A stretch of DNA of 64,000 nt. Source: Victivallis vadensis (GTDB taxonomy: Bacteria > Verrucomicrobiota > Kiritimatiellia > UBA8416 > CAMCYG01). Shown one piece after another: positions 59,395 through 64,000 of the stretch. Numbering within the stretch: position 1 is the first letter of the stretch; each line of letters begins with the position of its first letter. Made by a program: the position numbers and the translations under genes. The DNA is taken from the NCBI GenBank assembly GCA_945883775.1, contig CAMCYG010000003.1, positions 6,054 to 70,053 of the forward strand, written 5' to 3'. Below the pieces are notes generated by a model. The model did not search any database, was not told where the DNA came from, and saw only the letters and a list, made by a program, of their open reading frames with translations.

Positions 59395-60633
59395 TCAGCA
59401 GCCAGGCAATACTTTCACGCCATCGACGACCTTGCAGACGTGGACTGCGTATTTGTCGGCAAATGCGGGCCTGCTCCTGGGATACGCACTATTAACGGCT
59501 TCCCTCACAGCTTTTACCGAATTAGCAGCAACGATGGCACCGGCTGCTCCTTTGTCGCCGCCGCCGAGCATACGCTCACCGTATACGCCTGGCACGGTCC
59601 TGACTATATCGCACATTGTCTCAAGTTCCGGGCCGGAGATTTTGTATTCATCGCGAAGGCCGACACCATCTGCACGGAATATGGAACCTACCTTCTCTAT
59701 TTTGCCGGCTTTCCAGGCTTCCATCATCTCATAAAACCGCTTCTGGGCCTTAAATATGTAAGTCAGCCTGTCGCAAAGATCAGGCTGACGCCGCTGAAAC
59801 CTGTCAATTATCGACTTGTACTGCTTATCGGTCTTAACATCGGCAAGGCATTTTATCCCAAACTCGGCTCCGGCCAGTTCCGCCATCTTCTCGCACTCTG
59901 CCCTGCGGACTTTGTAGGATGATTTTTCAAGACCAGGGCGGACTGTTCCGGTGTCAAGGCTTACGATCCTGAAATCGGACGCACCCTTGCCAAGAGAGAC
60001 ATACTTTATTGTACGCTTCGAAGGGCTGTAATGTGTACCCATCCCAGCCTTTGCAAAATATATCATTATCTGGTCGAGTTTGCCGCAGGGCGATCCCACA
60101 TAATCATTCTCCACTGCCTGAGACATGTCGACAATTTTCATGCCGTCCTTGATACTGATGCCATTTACTTCAAGCGTGGTCAGCATTAGATTTATGCAAA
60201 GCGAAGCCGAGCGCGACATTCCGCCGCCGGGTATATTACCAATCAGGACTGCGTCAAAACCTCTGGTCAATTTGTATCCAGCCTTCCTGAGCACATAATC
60301 CACTCCATAGGCATAGCGCGCCCAGGTATCTGCAATCGCGGCTGATTTAGGGGCTGGCGTCTGACCGGACTTGAATTCGATCACACCATCGGACTCGAAG
60401 TTGCCAGAGAAGAGACGGATCTTGCCAAGCGCATTGGGTTTATATGCCAGCCAGATGAATCTATCGGTACCAACGCCGAACAGTTCGGTTCCGTTATAAT
60501 CGCCATGCTCAACGCCCAGACAGAAACGTGACGAAGTCCTGCGCATCTTCCCGCCTTTGATGTCCAACTTGGCTGTCTTCGCAAGTCTGATTATTTCCTT
60601 ACGCGCACTGGCATCATCAACTATTTTATTCAT
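59395..60633 (-). CDS. GHMP-family sugar kinase, galactokinase-like
   Basis: ATG at 60633 after AAGGAG. GVEHGDYNG (GalK signature-like), PGGGMSRSAS (GHMP motif II) and GGGDKGA. Confidence 0.8.
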   Translation of the reverse strand: MNKIVDDASARKEIIRLAKTAKLDIKGGKMRRTSSRFCLGVEHGDYNGTELFGVGTDRFIWLAYKPNALGKIRLFSGNFESDGVIEFKSGQTPAPKSAAIADTWARYAYGVDYVLRKAGYKLTRGFDAVLIGNIPGGGMSRSASLCINLMLTTLEVNGISIKDGMKIVDMSQAVENDYVGSPCGKLDQIMIYFAKAGMGTHYSPSKRTIKYVSLGKGASDFRIVSLDTGTVRPGLEKSSYKVRRAECEKMAELAGAEFGIKCLADVKTDKQYKSIIDRFQRRQPDLCDRLTYIFKAQKRFYEMMEAWKAGKIEKVGSIFRADGVGLRDEYKISGPELETMCDIVRTVPGVYGERMLGGGDKGAAGAIVAANSVKAVREAVNSAYPRSRPAFADKYAVHVCKVVDGVKVLPGC

Positions 60634-60659
60634 ATCGGCTCCTTCGTATCTGCTCATTC

Positions 60660-60683
60660 GGCGCGGTAAGCCGCGCCGCTTCG
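60660..60683. repeat. REP-like hairpin, variant tail
   Basis: GGCGCGG-taag-CCGCGCC-GCTTCGA. Confidence 0.65.
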
Positions 60684-60704
60684 AACAGGAAATTATATTC
60701 CTCG

Positions 60705-60776
60705 CTGTAGCTGCGCATGTGTCATGCGCAGGTCTTCAGTCTTCTCCGCCGGCGCTTGACACAAGCGCCGCTACAT
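60705..60776. repeat. Inverted pair of GTAG-headed REP-like hairpins
   Basis: CTGTAGC-TGCGCATG-tgt-CATGCGCA ...19 nt... GGCGCTTG-aca-CAAGCGCC-GCTACAT. Confidence 0.85.
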
Positions 60777-60793
60777 AAGCAAAGATCGTTTCC

Positions 60794-61018
60794 TTACTTC
60801 GCCTTGCCATCTCCTGCCGCTTTCTTCGCTATATTCGCGGAAATCAGCATGAAAAGGCCGAAGACGACAAGCACAACACCCCACACCATATTAATATTGA
60901 TATTTAGCGAATGCTGGTACATATCGGCGTTGGCTTTCGTGAAGAAACCGTAACCGCACAACAAAACGCCCAGCAGGCTGAACATCATCCCTATCGGTAA
61001 TCTTATATCTAGTCCCAT
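60794..61018 (-). CDS. Small two-TM membrane protein co-transcribed with the SSS transporter
   Basis: 74 aa, two hydrophobic helices. AAGGAG RBS; starts 15 nt after the transporter stop. Confidence 0.6.
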   Translation of the reverse strand: MGLDIRLPIGMMFSLLGVLLCGYGFFTKANADMYQHSLNININMVWGVVLVVFGLFMLISANIAKKAAGDGKAK

Positions 61019-61033
61019 GATTATCTCCTTTGT

Positions 61034-63004
61034 TTACCAGAATATTATATTGATGATAACACAGATTATGATCAGTATCGTTCCTGCAACTGCAGGCCGG
61101 AATATCCATGCAGAATCGTCTTCAATCTGCTTGGGCGTAAGCGAATAAACCAGCCCTGTCAACTCCTTATCAGTCTTGGCCTGCTTGGTCATCAGAGAGA
61201 TGACAACGGTCAGAACAAGGCAGACGCTGAAGGCAAATATGGCAAGCCAGAAGTTCTGCGCCATCTCACTCGGGAATGTGTGCAGTATGCTCATGTAACC
61301 GCCCTTGACGCCCGGTGCATTTGTCCCGGCAATGGTCAACGCATGGAATATTCCAGATGTCAGCGTACCACAAAGAAGTCCGTAAAATGCGCCACTGGCA
61401 GTAGCGCGCTTCCAGAACATACCCATGATGAATGTCGCGAACAGCGGGGCATTGACGAACCCGAACACCAGCTGGATAATGTCCATAGCGTTATTGTACA
61501 GTGCCGCAAAATATGCACAGCCGATACTCACGATAATGCCGACAACCGTGGCCGCCCTGCCCATCCACATATAATGATCGTCGCTCTTCTCTGCCATTTT
61601 CATCCAGCGACGGAATGCCTGATACAGGTCGTAGGTCCAAATGGTATTGAACGCCGTTACATTGCCGGCCATACCGGACATGAAAGAGGCCAGCAAGGCA
61701 GTCAGTGCCAGACCGAGCAGACCGGCGGGGCAATAACGCGTAACCAATGAGACGATCACGCCGCTATAGTCATTCTCGGCACTGCAGCGTATACCATCAG
61801 CCAGATCGAGGTCGGTCTTGGCGGGATTATTCTTCGCCACAGTCATAAGAACACCGACTTTTGCAGGACTCAGAGTCTCTTTGACAGCGTCACTTAACTT
61901 CTTGGCGGCAGCCTTGCTGTCGAGATTTGCGGCAATTGCCTCTTTCAACACAGGAACAGCTTCCTGACAGACTGTCAGCTCAATCGCCTTACGTGGCAGA
62001 TGATAGCTTGCTTTATTGATATCGCCTGAGCCCGCCGAAGCCAGTCCTACGGCAATCATACCGGGCAGAATGACCAGGAGAGGAATGAGCATCTTTGGAA
62101 TGGCACCGACGAGCGGGGTGCGTCGCGCCGCAGCCATGTTCTTGGCAGCCATCGCCCTCTGCACCACCAGGAAGTTGGTGCACCAGTAGCCGAACGCCAA
62201 CACAAAGCCCAAGCCAAACACCATTCCGAACCAGTCAACGCCCATTGCATTCTGGTCGACACCCTTGAACATCACATCCCAGGTGCTTGTCCAGGCATTG
62301 GGAGCATAGGCATTCTCGCCCAAGCCAAGCGCCTGAGGCGCTGTCGCCACCCCGGTCAGCGTCTCCTTGAGCTTCGTCCAGCCGCCGACATCCTTGAGTC
62401 CGAGCCAAACCACCGGCGCGAAACCCAGCACTATCATAAAGAACTGCAGGACTTCAGTATAGATAGCAGAGGTCAAACCGCCCTTGAGCACATAAACAAG
62501 CACAACGCCTGAGCATATCCAGAGGCTGATATGGTAGTTCCACCCGAGAATCGAATGAAGAAGCTTAGCCAGCTCATTCATTGAGATGCCGGAAGCAAAG
62601 ACCGTCATCACAGCAAAAGTGATGGAATTAAGACAGCGCACCCTGCCGTCGAAACGCATATTCAGGTATTCAGGCACTGAACGCGCCTTTGATCCATAAT
62701 AGAACGGCATCATGAATACTGCAAGGAAGACCATGGCAAGGATCGCACCGATCCAATAGAAGTGACATGTCATCATTCCGTACTTCGCACCGCTGGCCGC
62801 CATACCGACAAGCTCAAGCGCGCCAAGATTGGCAGAGATGAACGCAATACCGGTTACCCACGTCGGGATCGAGTGACCGGAAATCAGGAAGTCCGAACTG
62901 GTCTTCATATAACGCTTGAGAACCCAGCCGATTCCTAGGACGAACATAACATAGATAGCCATTATCGAGTAATCGATAACACCCATTTGAATCAGAGACG
63001 ACAT
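61034..63004 (-). CDS. Sodium:solute symporter (SSS/SGLT-like) with ~95-aa hydrophilic insertion
   Basis: 656 aa; N-terminal half is SGLT-like (...FLISGHSIPTWVTGIAFISANLGALE...). AAGGAG RBS. Confidence 0.85.
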   Translation of the reverse strand: MSSLIQMGVIDYSIMAIYVMFVLGIGWVLKRYMKTSSDFLISGHSIPTWVTGIAFISANLGALELVGMAASGAKYGMMTCHFYWIGAILAMVFLAVFMMPFYYGSKARSVPEYLNMRFDGRVRCLNSITFAVMTVFASGISMNELAKLLHSILGWNYHISLWICSGVVLVYVLKGGLTSAIYTEVLQFFMIVLGFAPVVWLGLKDVGGWTKLKETLTGVATAPQALGLGENAYAPNAWTSTWDVMFKGVDQNAMGVDWFGMVFGLGFVLAFGYWCTNFLVVQRAMAAKNMAAARRTPLVGAIPKMLIPLLVILPGMIAVGLASAGSGDINKASYHLPRKAIELTVCQEAVPVLKEAIAANLDSKAAAKKLSDAVKETLSPAKVGVLMTVAKNNPAKTDLDLADGIRCSAENDYSGVIVSLVTRYCPAGLLGLALTALLASFMSGMAGNVTAFNTIWTYDLYQAFRRWMKMAEKSDDHYMWMGRAATVVGIIVSIGCAYFAALYNNAMDIIQLVFGFVNAPLFATFIMGMFWKRATASGAFYGLLCGTLTSGIFHALTIAGTNAPGVKGGYMSILHTFPSEMAQNFWLAIFAFSVCLVLTVVISLMTKQAKTDKELTGLVYSLTPKQIEDDSAWIFRPAVAGTILIIICVIINIIFW

Positions 63005-63188
63005 ACCTGCTCCTTTCAGTTGTTGAAAAACAAACTCGAGTTAAAGTATTTAATAAAAAGGGGCAACTCAATGTTTTTCTGCGTAAAGTTTTGAGATTTC
63101 TTCTTGCATCCAGCTCACTGACAAACCAATATTTTATTTCTTTTCGCGTACTGTTTTTCGCAAAAACTGAAATTGAAAGGTCATCATC

Positions 63189-64000
63189 ATTAAAAGACGC
63201 TCATTCCTCACATCTCTGGCAGTTGCCGGTACCGGGCTAATGCTTCCCCGCGGATCTATTTTCGGACAAGATGCACCGAGCAACAAACTGAACATAGCAT
63301 TAATAGGTGCCTATGGCCGGGCAACCGCACACTATAACGCCATCAAAGGCGAGAACGTAGTGGCCATATGCGATGTTGATAAAAACAATCTGGCTAAGGC
63401 CGCTGAGGTATTCCCTAAAGCCAAACAATACGAAGACTGGAGAAAATGTCTGGAACAGAAAGACATCAACGCGGTGGTCATATGCACGCCCGACTTCAGC
63501 CACGCCATAATCACCATGTGGGCAATGAATCGCGGCTTCCACGTATACTGCGAAAAGCCGGTCGCCATATCAGTCGAAGAAGCGCGCCTCGTAAGAGCGA
63601 CTTATTTAAAGAACAAGGGCAAGATCGCAACACAGATCGGCACCCAGCGCCACGCTATCCCCAATTTCAATCGCGTCAGGGAACTCGTCAAAGATGGCGC
63701 GATAGGAGAGCTCAAGAGTGTTTACGCATGGGGCGATAGACAGATTAGAAGACCAGGCTACCTTCCCGCCGCGGGCGAACCGCCAAAGACACTCAACTAC
63801 GATCTGTGGCTTGGCCCAGCCCAGTTTCATCCTTATAATCCCGGCTATTTCGCCGGAGGTTGCGGCTCAAATTGCTTGAGCTGGAATATGTACTGGGATT
63901 TCGGAACCGGTCAGGTAGGCGATATGGGCGCCCACACAATGGATCTGGCATGGAATGCCATTGATGCAGAAGTACCGACTTCCATAGAGGCGAGCGGCGA
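63189..64000 (+). CDS. Gfo/Idh/MocA oxidoreductase with twin-arginine signal (partial; continues past window end)
   Basis: Hand translation: (I)[48 protein letters not shown]...[16 protein letters not shown]... An in-frame stop lies at 63174-63176 and the first ATG (63240) is downstream of the TAT motif. The start is therefore probably non-canonical (ATT 63189 or ATC 63183/63186 after GAAAGG). Confidence 0.75.
   Translation, partial: MKRRSFLTSLAVAGTGLMLPRGSIFGQDAPSNKLNIALIGAYGRATAHYNAIKGENVVAICDVDKNNLAKAAEVFPKAKQYEDWRKCLEQKDINAVVICTPDFSHAIITMWAMNRGFHVYCEKPVAISVEEARLVRATYLKNKGKIATQIGTQRHAIPNFNRVRELVKDGAIGELKSVYAWGDRQIRRPGYLPAAGEPPKTLNYDLWLGPAQFHPYNPGYFAGGCGSNCLSWNMYWDFGTGQVGDMGAHTMDLAWNAIDAEVPTSIEASG

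Noticed and set aside
36067-60776. Possibility that the repeated hairpins form a CRISPR array
   Set aside because: The copies are dispersed singly or as inverted pairs in separate intergenic gaps. Their stem sequences differ, there are no regularly spaced unique spacers, and no cas genes are present.

Overview
Bacterial chromosomal window with two very different halves. Taxonomy is inference only: the EF-Tu switch-I insertion, the TAT-signal Gfo/Idh/MocA oxidoreductases and a XylR-like fragment suggest a Planctomycetota/PVC-type organism. (1) Positions 1-29,907 are one uninterrupted minus-strand array of 41 CDS and 2 tRNAs. The order is tRNA-Thr, tuf, rpmG, tRNA-Trp, secE, nusG, rplKAJL, rpoBC, rpsLG, fusA, then the S10, spc and alpha operons ending in a partial rpoA. 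Gaps are minimal and many stop/start codons overlap. I found rpmJ, rpmG, rpoA and both tRNAs by hand because they are missing from the ORF track. (2) Positions 29.9-31.6 kb are a decay zone holding three truncated genes: a RAYT/IS200-like transposase fragment, a Gfo/Idh/MocA N-terminal fragment and a XylR-like N-terminal fragment. (3) Positions 31.6-45.7 kb hold a minus-strand sugar-acid cluster with a divergent PAS-AraC regulator. It contains uxaC, an ExuT-like MFS, gnd, a LarA-type nickel-pincer enzyme homologue, a HAD hydrolase, a PPi-type PFK-family kinase, a UxuB-type SDR, a xylose-isomerase-like TIM barrel, a Gfo/Idh/MocA oxidoreductase and a second MFS. (4) Positions 45.9-64 kb contain DedA, a sorbitol-DH-like Zn-ADH with an HxH metal-hydrolase-like protein, and a 70-aa basic ORF behind a perfect 31-bp palindrome. 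They also contain a minus-strand island: SSS transporter, small TM protein, GalK-like GHMP kinase, DeoR, fused E1 alpha-beta, E2, LipB, E3, an SrlD-like SDR and a 560-aa atypical MDR dehydrogenase. The window ends in a partial TAT-signal Gfo/Idh/MocA gene. Nearly every intergenic gap in the accessory half is filled with GTAG-headed REP-like hairpins (often in inverted pairs) and in-phase degenerate heptanucleotide tandem arrays. I saw none of these in the ribosomal half. No CRISPR array, prophage or recognisable defence system was seen. The most interesting candidates are the two unusual catabolic clusters and the composite repeat system. All functional pathway proposals are hypotheses.
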